Assembly: GCA_016649775.1 (NCBI GenBank)
Contig: JAENWY010000001.1
Coordinates: 1-37,664 of the forward strand
Reading direction: 5' to 3'
DNA: 37,664 nt
Origin: Spirochaetaceae bacterium
Lineage (GTDB): Bacteria > Spirochaetota > Spirochaetia > Sphaerochaetales > Sphaerochaetaceae
Both the position numbers and the translations under genes were made by a program. The notes below the pieces were generated by a model. The model was not told where the DNA came from. It ran no database searches and saw only the letters and a list, made by a program, of their open reading frames with translations. Positions 18,324 through 28,016 of this stretch are shown one piece after another. Within the stretch, counting starts at the first letter, position 1. Each line of letters starts with the position of its first letter.

Positions 18324-20762
18324 TTACTTTCTCAACTTATTATTAATATTATCAAGTAATAAAATAATTGCTGGTAATACAAATATTGTAGCTAGCATAG
18401 AATTCATTAATGCAGTACTCATTAATAATCCAAAGTATTTAATGGGAGTATAGGAGCCAAAAGTTAACATAAGCATTCCTAAAACTATGGAAAAAGTTGT
18501 TAACATAATTGGTCGTCCAGTTTCTCTCAGAGTTTTAGAAAGTAATTCTTTAGTTGTTTTATCAATATTATTTTTCTTAAGATTTGTATATTTCAACAAG
18601 AAGTGAATTGCATCATCAACCCCTGCCCCAATTGCAACGGAAGCAAAACTAACTGTGACCATATCAAATGGAATATTGAATGTATACATGAATATGTAAT
18701 TACTCATTACTCCTATAGCAACAGGAATAAGCGTTAAAATACCTCTGAAAAGAGATTTGAAGGCTAAAGCTGCAATAATTAATACAAGAAGATATGCTAG
18801 TATCTGAGAAGCTCTTTGATCTCTCATTAATTGGTTACTAAATCTAAGAGCTTCAGGATTAGTACCATAATAAGTTATAGATACACCCTCCGGTAATAGC
18901 GCGCGGGAGGAAGCCATAAGTTTTTCTAGTTTAGCACTACTTCCAACAGTTGTTATATCATTATTATTACTATCATAACACTGAAGATATATGTTTAAAG
19001 TATTACTATCTTCGCTGATAATTTTTCCAACAAGTCCTGGAGATTTAGGTCTAAGCAGAACCATTATTCTACTGAATAAATTAATTAGGGCACTATTTTC
19101 AGGTATTTCATTATCACCTGTGTATAATGAATTTAAATGAGCTACATACGAGGGGAAAGAAATATCTTGGAGTATATCAGGACTTTTAGAAATAGCTTCT
19201 TCAAATTCATTTACTTTTTTTAAATTTTCAGGGTTTAAGAAATATTTATCAGAACCTTCTGGAGCTTGTAGCTTTAATTGATAAGGTAAATCACCACCTA
19301 AAGCTTTTGATATTTCTTTTGTATCATTTGCAATTCTGTCTGTTTTAGGGAAGTATGCCATGTAGTTTGTATCAACCGAAACTTTGTCTTTGGTATATAA
19401 AAATCCACCAAATATAATTAAAAATAAAAGTGAAAATACTATGTAGTGATTTAAAACTATATTAGAAATTTTTTGAATTAATTGTGTTAATAAGCCCTTA
19501 TCTACAACTGTAGCTTGTATTTCTTTGGGTTTACTTGTATATGATAACATAATTGGAACAAAAGTTAATGATAAAATTACACAATAAATAATCCCAATTG
19601 AAACCGATATTCCAAATTCTTTTAGCCCTTCTATCTGAGAAATTAATAGACTCAAAAAACCTAAAATAGTCGTTATCCCTGCAAATAGTATGGTATGTGA
19701 TATTTTAGTAGCTGCAATAAATGGTAGATTCTCTCTTGTCCCTTTATTATATTCTGCATAGTATTCATTCAGAATATGAACAGAATAACTAGAGCCTAAG
19801 GTTAATACCATGCACGGCGTGACTATATTTATGAGGGTTACTTCAAATCCTAATAATACCATTGTTCCAAATGTCCATATTATTGCTAAAACAGAAAGAG
19901 TGAAAGGTAAAAACATGCTTCTTTTTGCTCTAAAGGAAAAATAGAATACTATTAGAATAACTATTAAACTAAGTATTAGTAATAGAGCTAAATCATGAGA
20001 TAAATAATATGTAATTCTATAAGTAATAGGTAGTAAACCTGTAATTGCAAAAGTTGCTCCTAAATTTTTCAAAGGAGCTAATGTATCAAGTAATTCATAT
20101 ATTTGCTTTTCATCAAGGTTACCGATTCTAACATTAAATATTACTGATTTAAGATCTCTGGATACCATATATCCTGTAGCCGTTGGATCAGTTACTAATC
20201 TGTTTCTAAGAGATGATACCATCTCATCACTCCATTTTGTTCCATCTACATTTGGAGAAAATGGTACAAGTGATAATCTAGATCCCTTTTTTTCAATAGT
20301 AAAATAATTAAAAACAGAGGAATATGATTGAACTTCAGAGAGATTTTTTAAATTATTTAGACATATATCAAGTGTATTTAAAAAGACTGGAGTAAAGAAT
20401 TTGTCACTAGTAATTAATAATAGAAGTCCACTACTAGTTTGCATGTCTTTCTGTCTCTCATTAGTTTTAGGATAATTATAAGAGGACTCTGCATTGTAAT
20501 TATCATCAATTGGTATATTTGCGTAAGTTTGAGGATCTATTTTATCAAGGTTATCATATTCAGATAAGATACTATTAAATTCTTGTTCATTAAAAACCCC
20601 ACCTCCATAATAAGTAACAGCAGGAGTTTGTTTAAATAGACTACTAAAGTCAGCATTTATTTGTAATTTTGTTGCTTGTAGTAAAAAAAAAGCTGTTATT
20701 ATAAAAATAATTATCAAAAAAGAGGGACGGTGGTTCTTTTGGAACTTGAAGAATTTGTTCAT
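18324..20762 (-). CDS. MMPL/RND-superfamily membrane exporter (HpnN-like architecture)
   Basis: Two repeats of TM1, a large periplasmic loop, then 5 TM helices. VSFASVAIGAGVDDAIHFLLKY is the MMPL/SSD-type motif. I start at ATG 20762 (MNKFFKF, AAGGAA SD 8 nt upstream) rather than the track's 20819. Confidence 0.8.
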   Translation of the reverse strand: MNKFFKFQKNHRPSFLIIIFIITAFFLLQATKLQINADFSSLFKQTPAVTYYGGGVFNEQEFNSILSEYDNLDKIDPQTYANIPIDDNYNAESSYNYPKTNERQKDMQTSSGLLLLITSDKFFTPVFLNTLDICLNNLKNLSEVQSYSSVFNYFTIEKKGSRLSLVPFSPNVDGTKWSDEMVSSLRNRLVTDPTATGYMVSRDLKSVIFNVRIGNLDEKQIYELLDTLAPLKNLGATFAITGLLPITYRITYYLSHDLALLLILSLIVILIVFYFSFRAKRSMFLPFTLSVLAIIWTFGTMVLLGFEVTLINIVTPCMVLTLGSSYSVHILNEYYAEYNKGTRENLPFIAATKISHTILFAGITTILGFLSLLISQIEGLKEFGISVSIGIIYCVILSLTFVPIMLSYTSKPKEIQATVVDKGLLTQLIQKISNIVLNHYIVFSLLFLIIFGGFLYTKDKVSVDTNYMAYFPKTDRIANDTKEISKALGGDLPYQLKLQAPEGSDKYFLNPENLKKVNEFEEAISKSPDILQDISFPSYVAHLNSLYTGDNEIPENSALINLFSRIMVLLRPKSPGLVGKIISEDSNTLNIYLQCYDSNNNDITTVGSSAKLEKLMASSRALLPEGVSITYYGTNPEALRFSNQLMRDQRASQILAYLLVLIIAALAFKSLFRGILTLIPVAIGVMSNYIFMYTFNIPFDMVTVSFASVAIGAGVDDAIHFLLKYTNLKKNNIDKTTKELLSKTLRETGRPIMLTTFSIVLGMLMLTFGSYTPIKYFGLLMSTALMNSMLATIFVLPAIILLLDNINNKLRK

Positions 20763-20836
20763 TAAATATTCCTTGTCGATTAATAATATTATTATCAATA
20801 AATATGTGAAATTTTGCAAGTTAAAAATAGTTTTAA

Positions 20837-21148
20837 ATTAATTCTATTGAGGATATTGCTAAATATGTAACTAAAGCAGCTGATGAGGGTGATACTCTAG
20901 CTATTCCTATTTTAAAAGATGCCGGAGTTGCCCTATATGATCTTGTTAAATCTGTAGTGGTCCAACTTCCTAAAAATCATGAAAAGAAAATTGTTATTGC
21001 AGGTGGTGTAATAAAAAATGATAAATATGTAAGTAAATACTTTTATGAGTTAATGAGAGATAATCTATCAGAATATGAAATAATTTCAAATTTAATAAAT
21101 AGTGCAGTAGACGGAGCACTTTTACTTGCTAGAACTATGGATAAATAG
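20837..21148 (+). pseudogene. 5'-truncated remnant of a BadF/BadG/BcrA/BcrD-type ATPase (N-acetylglucosamine-kinase-like) gene
   Basis: The open frame from 20837 reads INSIEDIAKYVTKAADEGDTLAIPILKDAGVALYDLVKSV-VVQLPKNHEKKIVIAGGVIKND...AVDGALLLA. This is the typical C-terminal ~100 aa of this ~300-aa family. A stop lies immediately upstream (20834-20836), and there is no ATG/GTG/TTG before GTG 20957. Confidence 0.5.
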
Positions 21149-21188
21149 ATTGTTTTATAGAAAAAAATGATTATTATCTTGTAACTAT

Positions 21189-21216
21189 AAAAGACTAAGG
21201 ATATCCTTAGTCTTTT
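21189..21216. terminator. bidirectional rho-independent terminator
   Basis: Palindrome AAAAGACTAAGGAT|ATCCTTAGTCTTTT has A-tract and T-tract flanks, so it reads as hairpin + U-run on both strands. It lies between convergent genes. Confidence 0.8.
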
Positions 21217-21237
21217 ATGCAATAAATATTTTTTACT

Positions 21238-22521
21238 CTATTTTATCATACCACGTGCAACTCTTATACCACTTGCCCAAGCACCAGTAATTCCTCTAGA
21301 AGTACCAGCACCATCTCCTGCAAAATAAATATCTCCTGCAACTTTAAAGTAATCATCAAGATAAGTTGGTTTATTAGCATATAATTTAATTTCTGGATAA
21401 TACATAATTGTTGAAGGGTGTAATATACCAGGAACAATTGTATCTAAATCTTTCATTGCTTTCCAAATACCTCTTAATATTTTAGCAGGCATTGCAAGAG
21501 AAATATCGCTTGGTGTACAACCCTCTAAGGATGGTTTAAAATTATAAGGGTCATCGTTAAAAGTTTCTTTATGAGATCTTGAACCAAGCCTAAAATCACC
21601 AACTCTTTGCATTAGCGGTTGCCCACCACCTAATTGATAAGCATTAACACCTAGGTTTTCAGCATATTGTTGACCTGAAGCTAGAGGAGCTGTTAATTTT
21701 ACAGTTTTTAAAATTGCAAAGTTAACTAAATTTGACTGTTCTTCACTATTTAAATTATTTGAGTAAGCATGACCATTTACACTGTACCAAATATCACCAC
21801 GGGCGGTTGTATATTTTTCTTTTACAACATGTGCTCTACCACTATTTGTGCAGAAAGTTCTAACTTTTTCTGGGAAATAGAATTTAGGGTCATAATAATC
21901 TTTAACTATAGAATAATGTTCAACTTTGGTTTCAATTCTGACACCAATATCAACAATATTATCAATATAGGGAACATTTAAAGTTTTCATAGTTTCTTGT
22001 AAGAAGTGAAAACCTTGACGTCCTGGAGCTATTAATATTTTATCATACTTGATAACTCTTTTATTAGTACTGATATTGTGATTATCTTGATCGATACTTA
22101 ACATTTCTTCTTCTAAAGCTAATTCGACACCATTTTCGTCAAGTCTTTTTAATAAATCCTTAATTAATAATAGTCCGCCATCTGTTCCTAAGTGAGTTTG
22201 TTTTATTGAAATTAGTTGGCAACCTAATCTGCTAGCTCTCTTTTGGTATCTTTCAATATTTCTCTTTTCTAAAATATTTGGTTTAAAGAAATCCGTAACC
22301 TCTTCAAGATAGGAATTAGCCATATCCTTTTCCCAATATTCTAAAGGAAATCCTATAGGGTATGTAAAGTTCATTTTACAGTCATTTCTCATCCCACCTG
22401 TAGAATATTTGTTTTTATCTAATATTAGAATTTTTAAAGAAGGTTTTTCTTTAAGAATAGTAAAAGCACAACCCATTCCCGCAGGACCTGATCCGACAAT
22501 AATGATATCATAGTAATCCAT
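21238..22521 (-). CDS. NAD(P)/FAD-dependent oxidoreductase (COG2509-like)
   Basis: N-terminal Rossmann motif DIIIVGSGPAGMGCA, C-terminal FAD-binding-like GDGAGTSRGITGAWASG, AGGAG SD. Confidence 0.65.
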   Translation of the reverse strand: MDYYDIIIVGSGPAGMGCAFTILKEKPSLKILILDKNKYSTGGMRNDCKMNFTYPIGFPLEYWEKDMANSYLEEVTDFFKPNILEKRNIERYQKRASRLGCQLISIKQTHLGTDGGLLLIKDLLKRLDENGVELALEEEMLSIDQDNHNISTNKRVIKYDKILIAPGRQGFHFLQETMKTLNVPYIDNIVDIGVRIETKVEHYSIVKDYYDPKFYFPEKVRTFCTNSGRAHVVKEKYTTARGDIWYSVNGHAYSNNLNSEEQSNLVNFAILKTVKLTAPLASGQQYAENLGVNAYQLGGGQPLMQRVGDFRLGSRSHKETFNDDPYNFKPSLEGCTPSDISLAMPAKILRGIWKAMKDLDTIVPGILHPSTIMYYPEIKLYANKPTYLDDYFKVAGDIYFAGDGAGTSRGITGAWASGIRVARGMIK

Positions 22522-22742
22522 GAATATTTTTGCTCCTAATTAGCTGAGATTATATTAAAGCAGTAGCTTATCTCGGTCTAATTATATCGATGTTTGAAAA
22601 ATGGTCAAAGGGGTAAATGAAAAAAAACTATTATTGATTTTAAAAAATATTATTTAGTGATAATATTTTATATATTTATAAAAAATAAATCTTGTAAATA
22701 GATTAAAATATATATATATTATTCCTAATAAGGATTATTATA

Positions 22743-23693
22743 ATGATTTATATCAGTGTTAAAGAAGCCAGCAAAAAATGGGGAATTACTGAGAGAAGAA
22801 TTAGAATTCTTTGTAGTGAGGGAAGAGTAGATGGAGTTATTCGATCAGGTTGGGCTTGGAATATTCCAATTACAGCTCAAAAGCCTGGGGATGGAAGAAA
22901 AATAAGACATGTTAAAAACTTCGACCTAAGAACTGGTACCATAAATTTTACACCGTTAAATACAATTAGAGAAGCGTTAAAAAACTCAAAAGTGAGTCAA
23001 GAAGATTTTTTGTCATATTTTGATTCCAGTGTTAATAGATTTCTAAGTTCGATTTTTTTAACAGAAAATATAAAGCCAAATCAAGTTATATCAATCGTAA
23101 ATGGAGAATTTGTTAAAGAATTAACTCTTAATCAACATATATTAATTAAAAATGCGAAATCCATTATTGTAAATTTCTTTTTTGAAACAGGACTATCTTC
23201 CTTTGCTGGTAATGGTTCTAAAGCAAATCCTTTTTTTAGTGAAAAGAGATTATCTCTTATACAAGATAGATTATACAGTGGAATTGATGATTTCCATAAA
23301 GCTTCCTTTAGAGATGTCGAAATTCCTTTTGCAGGAGCTTGGGCTCAAGACAATAGAACTTATAATGTTAAAGTTCAAATGGAAACTCTTTTAGTTCAGT
23401 GTGATAATGAGTGGACTAGTATAAATGGAGTTGTAAAATCGGCATTTCTTTTTGGTGAATTGCTTAGGATAAAACCTTTTGAAGAACACTCTTTCCTTTT
23501 TGCTTCCTTGATTTTAGTAGGTAGTCTATTGGATTGTGGCTATCCACTTACGGTAATTTCTACTGAGGATTTTCTTGAATTAAAAGCAGATTTATCATTA
23601 ACTTTGAAAAGAGGTAATTATAATAAAATTTTGAGAGTATTTGAGAAATCGATTGAGAGCGAATATTTTATAATATCAAATTTAGAGAAATAA
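22743..23693 (+). CDS. HTH (excisionase/MerR-like) + Fic-fold protein with a fully degenerate active-site motif
   Basis: N-terminal ISVKEASKKWGITERRIRILCSEGRVDGV is an HTH_17-type motif seen on many Fic proteins. The Fic motif position reads IKPFEEHSFLFAS instead of HPFx[D/E]GNGRxxR, and is followed by the usual LLDCGYP. Confidence 0.55.
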   Translation: MIYISVKEASKKWGITERRIRILCSEGRVDGVIRSGWAWNIPITAQKPGDGRKIRHVKNFDLRTGTINFTPLNTIREALKNSKVSQEDFLSYFDSSVNRFLSSIFLTENIKPNQVISIVNGEFVKELTLNQHILIKNAKSIIVNFFFETGLSSFAGNGSKANPFFSEKRLSLIQDRLYSGIDDFHKASFRDVEIPFAGAWAQDNRTYNVKVQMETLLVQCDNEWTSINGVVKSAFLFGELLRIKPFEEHSFLFASLILVGSLLDCGYPLTVISTEDFLELKADLSLTLKRGNYNKILRVFEKSIESEYFIISNLEK

Positions 23694-23744
23694 ATAAAAA
23701 GTATATAAAGTAAAGTTAATTCTATTATTTGATTGTTTTATTTG

Positions 23745-23772
23745 TTGCAAATAGTTGCTAATAAGGTATAAT
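23745..23772 (+). promoter_or_regulatory. candidate sigma70 promoter of deoD
   Basis: TTGCAA (23745-23750), a 16-nt spacer, then TATAAT (23767-23772), 40 nt upstream of the deoD ATG. Confidence 0.45.
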
Positions 23773-23812
23773 TAAAATCTATTTAAAAAAAATATTCATA
23801 TAGGAGATATAT

Positions 23813-24520
23813 ATGTCAACACCTCATAATGCTGCAAACCTCGGTGATATTGCAAAAACAGTTTTAATGCCAGGAGATCCTTTGAGAGCAAAATTTATTG
23901 CTGAAACATTCTTAGAAAACCCGAAACAATTTAATGATATTAGAGGAATGCTTGGTTACACAGGCACTTACAAAGGTAAAGAGATTTCAGTAATGGGTCA
24001 TGGTATGGGTCTTCCATCAATAGGTATTTATTCATATGAACTTTATGCCATGTATGATGTAGAAAACATTATTCGAATAGGTTCTTGTGGTGCAACCACA
24101 GCTGATTTAGATTTATATGACGTAATATTAGCAACTAGTGCCTATAGTCCTTCTACTTATGCTCGAGAACTTTCCGGTTTTACAGGAAATATATTAGATG
24201 GCGATGCAATATTAATATCTGAAATTGAAGAAAGTGCAAAGACATTAAATATTCCTATACATAAGGGACGAGTTGCAAGTACTGATGTATTTTATTCTGA
24301 TTTCAATGCTGATGCTAAAGCTAAATATGATAAACTTGGGATTATTGCTGCAGAAATGGAATATTTTGCTTTAATTGCTAATGCTCAAAAGTTGGGTAAG
24401 AAAGCTGCTTGTTTATTAACAGTTTCAGATAATATGGTTACTCATAAAGAAACAACAGCAGAAGAAAGACAAACTGCTTTTACTAATATGATGAAAATTG
24501 CATTAGAGGGAAACTACTAG
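23813..24520 (+). CDS. deoD: purine-nucleoside phosphorylase, DeoD type
   Basis: MSTPHNAANLGDIAKTVLMPGDPLRAKFIAETFLENP...RGMLGYTGTYKGKEISVMGHGMGLPS is near-collinear with E. coli DeoD. 235 aa. Confidence 0.93.
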   Translation: MSTPHNAANLGDIAKTVLMPGDPLRAKFIAETFLENPKQFNDIRGMLGYTGTYKGKEISVMGHGMGLPSIGIYSYELYAMYDVENIIRIGSCGATTADLDLYDVILATSAYSPSTYARELSGFTGNILDGDAILISEIEESAKTLNIPIHKGRVASTDVFYSDFNADAKAKYDKLGIIAAEMEYFALIANAQKLGKKAACLLTVSDNMVTHKETTAEERQTAFTNMMKIALEGNY

Positions 24521-24596
24521 AATATTATAGTTTGTTGAAAATATAAAATTTAGGTATTAATTTTTATAAATAAATTAGCTTTTCAAACAAAAAGAT

Positions 24597-24621
24597 ATCA
24601 CCAGAGATGGTGATTTTTTTT
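24597..24621 (+). terminator. rho-independent terminator of deoD
   Basis: ATCACCA-GAGA-TGGTGAT hairpin followed by T7-8. Confidence 0.75.
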
Positions 24622-24689
24622 CATTTAAACGCTTGTATCCTTTTTACTTTTGTAGTAGACCGTTTGTGTTAATCCTAAGAGGTAATTAG

Positions 24690-26327
24690 ATGAATAATGA
24701 TGAAAGTTATGACTATCTATTGAAAAATGCAACTATTGTAGATGGTTTAAATAATAAAGAATTTAAAGGTTCAATTATAATTAAAAATGATAAAATATTT
24801 CAAATTATAAAAAATGAAAATGATTTAAAAGGAATTAGGGCAAATAAAACTATTGATGTTAACTCTAGATATATCTTCCCTGGTTTTATAGACTTTCATG
24901 GTCATAGTGATTTACAAGTATTAAGAGATCCCCAAATGAAGTGTAAAATTCAACAAGGAATTACTACAGAAATTGCAGGTAACTGCGGTGTCGGTATGTT
25001 TCCTGTTGATACATTAAATCATAAAGCAACTAAAAACCTAATAGATTCTAGTAAAGATGTTTTGGGAAAAGCAGATATCTGTTGGTCTGATTTTAGTACT
25101 TATACCTCCTGTATCGAGAAAAAAGGAACAGGAACAAATATAATGTTTTTACAAGCTCATAGTGCCCTAAGAATTGCTGTAATTCCAGGCAACAGTAATA
25201 GAGAAGCTACAAGTGATGAGATAAAGCTTATGTGTAATTTTCTTGATAGAAGTTTAACCCAAGGTTGTATAGGACTTTCCTCAGGACTATATTATGCTCC
25301 TTGTTTATATGCTAGTAAAAAAGAATTAATAGCTCTCTTAACTATTGTTAAAGCACACAATAAAATATTTGCAGTACACCATAGATGTGAAGGTGATGAT
25401 GTAATTTCTTCAATTGAAGAAGTTATTGATTTAGCTCGAATAACTAGAGTAAGACTAGAAATAAGTCATTTAAAAGCAATTGGGATTGAAAATCAAAAAC
25501 ATGTAGAGCAAATAATCTCTCTAATTGATAATGCTAGAGCAGAAGGTATTGATGTTGCTTTTGATCAATATCCTTATGATTTTGGTTCAACTAGTATTTC
25601 TAGTATGTTGCCTCCCTCTGTATTAAAATTATCAAGAAAAAATCTAAAAATAACATTAGCAGATAAAAATGAAAGAAATAGGATTAAAGATTTAATAAAG
25701 AAAGGTGAAGGCTTTGATTCATTAATTAAAATGTGTGGATTTGATAATATTCGAATTATGTATTTAGAGAATCATAGAGATTTAGAGGGACTTTCTTTTA
25801 GGAACTTAGCACAAAAGTTATATAATAAAAATGATGAAGATTCTTGTTATGATGCTTTTTTTGATATTTTAATCCAAGAAGATGGTATTGCCTTAATGGA
25901 AGATGTTACTCAAAGTATAGAAAGTCTGGAAAAAATATTATCTCATGAGGCTATGTGTTTTAGCACCGATGCCCTATATAGTTCTTCTAACCCTTCTGTT
26001 CCTACCCATCCTCGCTCATATTCTGCAGCAGTGCATTATCTTGAGTTGTTTTATAAAGAAAGACATACACTACCTCTTGAATCCCTTATATATAGAATGA
26101 GCGGTAAACCTGCTGATAGATTACATCTACAAGATAGAGGATCTATAGAAGAAGGAAAAAAAGCTGATCTAGTTATTTGTGATTTAGAAAACTTAAAGGA
26201 TTTATCAACACTATCAGAGTCAAAAAATCCTCCTAAAGGAATAGACTGTGTTTTTGTTAATGGTAATTTAGTTTATGAAAATAATGAAATGATAGGAGCG
26301 CCTAAGGGTGAAATCCTTAAATTATAA
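24690..26327 (+). CDS. N-acyl-D-amino-acid deacylase (D-aminoacylase) family amidohydrolase
   Basis: N-terminal YDYLLKNATIVDG...PGFIDFHGHSD is the metal-binding H-x-H of the amidohydrolase superfamily in the D-aminoacylase arrangement. C-terminal G-x-I-x-x-G-K-x-ADLV. 545 aa. Confidence 0.7.
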   Translation: MNNDESYDYLLKNATIVDGLNNKEFKGSIIIKNDKIFQIIKNENDLKGIRANKTIDVNSRYIFPGFIDFHGHSDLQVLRDPQMKCKIQQGITTEIAGNCGVGMFPVDTLNHKATKNLIDSSKDVLGKADICWSDFSTYTSCIEKKGTGTNIMFLQAHSALRIAVIPGNSNREATSDEIKLMCNFLDRSLTQGCIGLSSGLYYAPCLYASKKELIALLTIVKAHNKIFAVHHRCEGDDVISSIEEVIDLARITRVRLEISHLKAIGIENQKHVEQIISLIDNARAEGIDVAFDQYPYDFGSTSISSMLPPSVLKLSRKNLKITLADKNERNRIKDLIKKGEGFDSLIKMCGFDNIRIMYLENHRDLEGLSFRNLAQKLYNKNDEDSCYDAFFDILIQEDGIALMEDVTQSIESLEKILSHEAMCFSTDALYSSSNPSVPTHPRSYSAAVHYLELFYKERHTLPLESLIYRMSGKPADRLHLQDRGSIEEGKKADLVICDLENLKDLSTLSESKNPPKGIDCVFVNGNLVYENNEMIGAPKGEILKL

Positions 26328-26367
26328 ATTTAGAAATATTTAGTTATTATTTAGCATAATAAAAATA

Positions 26368-26424
26368 ATACCATCTACGTGTATATATAATATGAATTAT
26401 ATATACAACGTTTATGGTATTTTT
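26368..26424. terminator. long bidirectional terminator hairpin
   Basis: ATACCAT..ACGT.GTATATATAAT-ATGA-ATTATATATAC.ACGT..ATGGTAT gives about 22 paired positions. It is followed by TTTT (+) and preceded by AAAAATAAT (T-rich on the minus strand). It lies between convergent genes. Confidence 0.75.
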
Positions 26425-26445
26425 GTAGGAAGAAAATGAATTATT

Positions 26446-27219
26446 TTATTGATTAAAACTTTGTAAAAATTGCTGGGTTCTTGGATTTTTAGGATTACCA
26501 AATACTTCTTCAGGAGTTCCGCTTTCAGCAATAAAACCTTCGTCCATAAAAATAACCCTATCACTAATATCACGGGCAAATGACATTTCATGAGTTACTA
26601 CAACCATAGTCATTTTCTCTTTAGCCAAATTCTTAATTACTTTTAATATTTCATTAGTTAATTCAGGATCAAGAGCTGAAGTTGGTTCATCAAACCATAA
26701 TACATTTGGCTTTAGTGCAAGTGCTCTAGCAATTGAAACTCTCTGTTTTTGTCCACCAGATAATTGAGAGGGATAAGAATCTGCTCTATCCTTTAATCCC
26801 ATTTTATCAAGTAGCTGTAGAGCTATTTCATTAGCTTCAATTTTTGATTTATTTAGTACATATATTAGAGCTTCAGCTATGTTTCTTTTAATACTCATGT
26901 GTGGAAATAAATTAAAATCTTGGAATACTAATCCATTATGTAATTGAATTTTTCTTTTTTGATCTTGAGTTAAAACAAGTCCTTCTTTATAGAGAGTATC
27001 CCCACAAATAATGACCTCTCCACCTTCAATGCTTTCTAATTGGTTAATGGCTCTTAAAATAGTACTTTTACCACTACCAGATGGTCCTATAATTGACAAA
27101 ACTTCACCTTTGGCTACATGAAAAGAAACATCTTTAATAACTTCTTGATTGCCATAACTCTTAATTAAATTATTCACTTCAATCATGTAGTCTACCTTAT
27201 TATCTTTTAAATCACTCAT
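26446..27219 (-). CDS. polar amino-acid ABC transporter ATP-binding protein (GlnQ/ArtP-like)
   Basis: Walker [11 protein letters not shown]-loop, signature [15 protein letters not shown], Walker [14 protein letters not shown]-loop VTHEM. Confidence 0.9.
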   Translation of the reverse strand: MSDLKDNKVDYMIEVNNLIKSYGNQEVIKDVSFHVAKGEVLSIIGPSGSGKSTILRAINQLESIEGGEVIICGDTLYKEGLVLTQDQKRKIQLHNGLVFQDFNLFPHMSIKRNIAEALIYVLNKSKIEANEIALQLLDKMGLKDRADSYPSQLSGGQKQRVSIARALALKPNVLWFDEPTSALDPELTNEILKVIKNLAKEKMTMVVVTHEMSFARDISDRVIFMDEGFIAESGTPEEVFGNPKNPRTQQFLQSFNQ

Positions 27220-27230
27220 ATGTATTTCCT

Positions 27231-27872
27231 TTATTTCTTTTCATAGTAGTTTAGTTTTGCTTCCATCTGGTCAAAGGCTTTTGCGACAAAGGCATTCATA
27301 ACAAAGTAGAATATACCTGCAACAAATAAAGGCATGGTTGAGAACTCTCTAGCAGAAGCCGTTTGAGCCACTCTAAATAATTCAGCAACCCCAATTGTTT
27401 GAGCCAAAGCTGTATCTTTAATTAATGTAATTACCTCATTTCCCATAGCAGGTATTATTTCTCTAAACACTTGTGGAAAAATTATATGTGTAGCTGTATG
27501 TGATTTTGTAAAACCCAACACTTTAGCTGCTTCATATTGACCGCTTGGAATTGATTGAATACCACCTCTGTATATTTCTGCAAAGTAGGCAGCATAGTTA
27601 ATAACATAAGCAACAATTACTGCAGTCATTCTATCATATGAAGTTCCAAAAATGTAGTAGGGGGCAAAGTAAACAAATATTAATTGAAGAATAAGAGGTG
27701 TCCCTCTCATAATCATAATATAAATATTTACTAGTGTTTTAACTATCCATATTTTGCTCATTTTTCCTTTTACAACTAACATACCCAAGGGTAATGAAAA
27801 AAGCAAAGTTAAACCAAATACTTGAAAACTTACGAGGGTTCCTTTTAACATTTGCAATAATAACTGATTCAT
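27231..27872 (-). CDS. amino-acid ABC transporter permease (HisM/GlnP family)
   Basis: 213 aa, 5 TM segments, EAA-like loop [23 protein letters not shown]. The stop lies 11 nt before the ATPase start. Confidence 0.88.
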   Translation of the reverse strand: MNQLLLQMLKGTLVSFQVFGLTLLFSLPLGMLVVKGKMSKIWIVKTLVNIYIMIMRGTPLILQLIFVYFAPYYIFGTSYDRMTAVIVAYVINYAAYFAEIYRGGIQSIPSGQYEAAKVLGFTKSHTATHIIFPQVFREIIPAMGNEVITLIKDTALAQTIGVAELFRVAQTASAREFSTMPLFVAGIFYFVMNAFVAKAFDQMEAKLNYYEKK

Positions 27873-27963
27873 ATATACCTCTTAATTATTTGATACTTCT
27901 TATAGTATTTAACCACAATATAATATTTTGAAAGATATTAAAATAATATATCATAATAAATAC

Positions 27964-27995
27964 AAAAAAAATAAGGGATGACTTGCATCCCTTAT
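27964..27995 (-). terminator. intra-operon terminator/attenuator between binding-protein and permease genes
   Basis: Perfect 10-bp stem ATAAGGGATG/CATCCCTTAT with a 5-nt loop, followed on the minus strand by T7, 22 nt after the SBP stop codon. Confidence 0.7.
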
Positions 27996-28016
27996 TTTGG
28001 TCAAATAAATATAATG

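Noticed and set aside
20763-20819. 19-codon N-terminal extension of the MMPL gene
   Set aside because: There is no SD, and the extension (MQNFTYLLIIILLIDKEYL) precedes an ATG with AAGGAA at the proper spacing.
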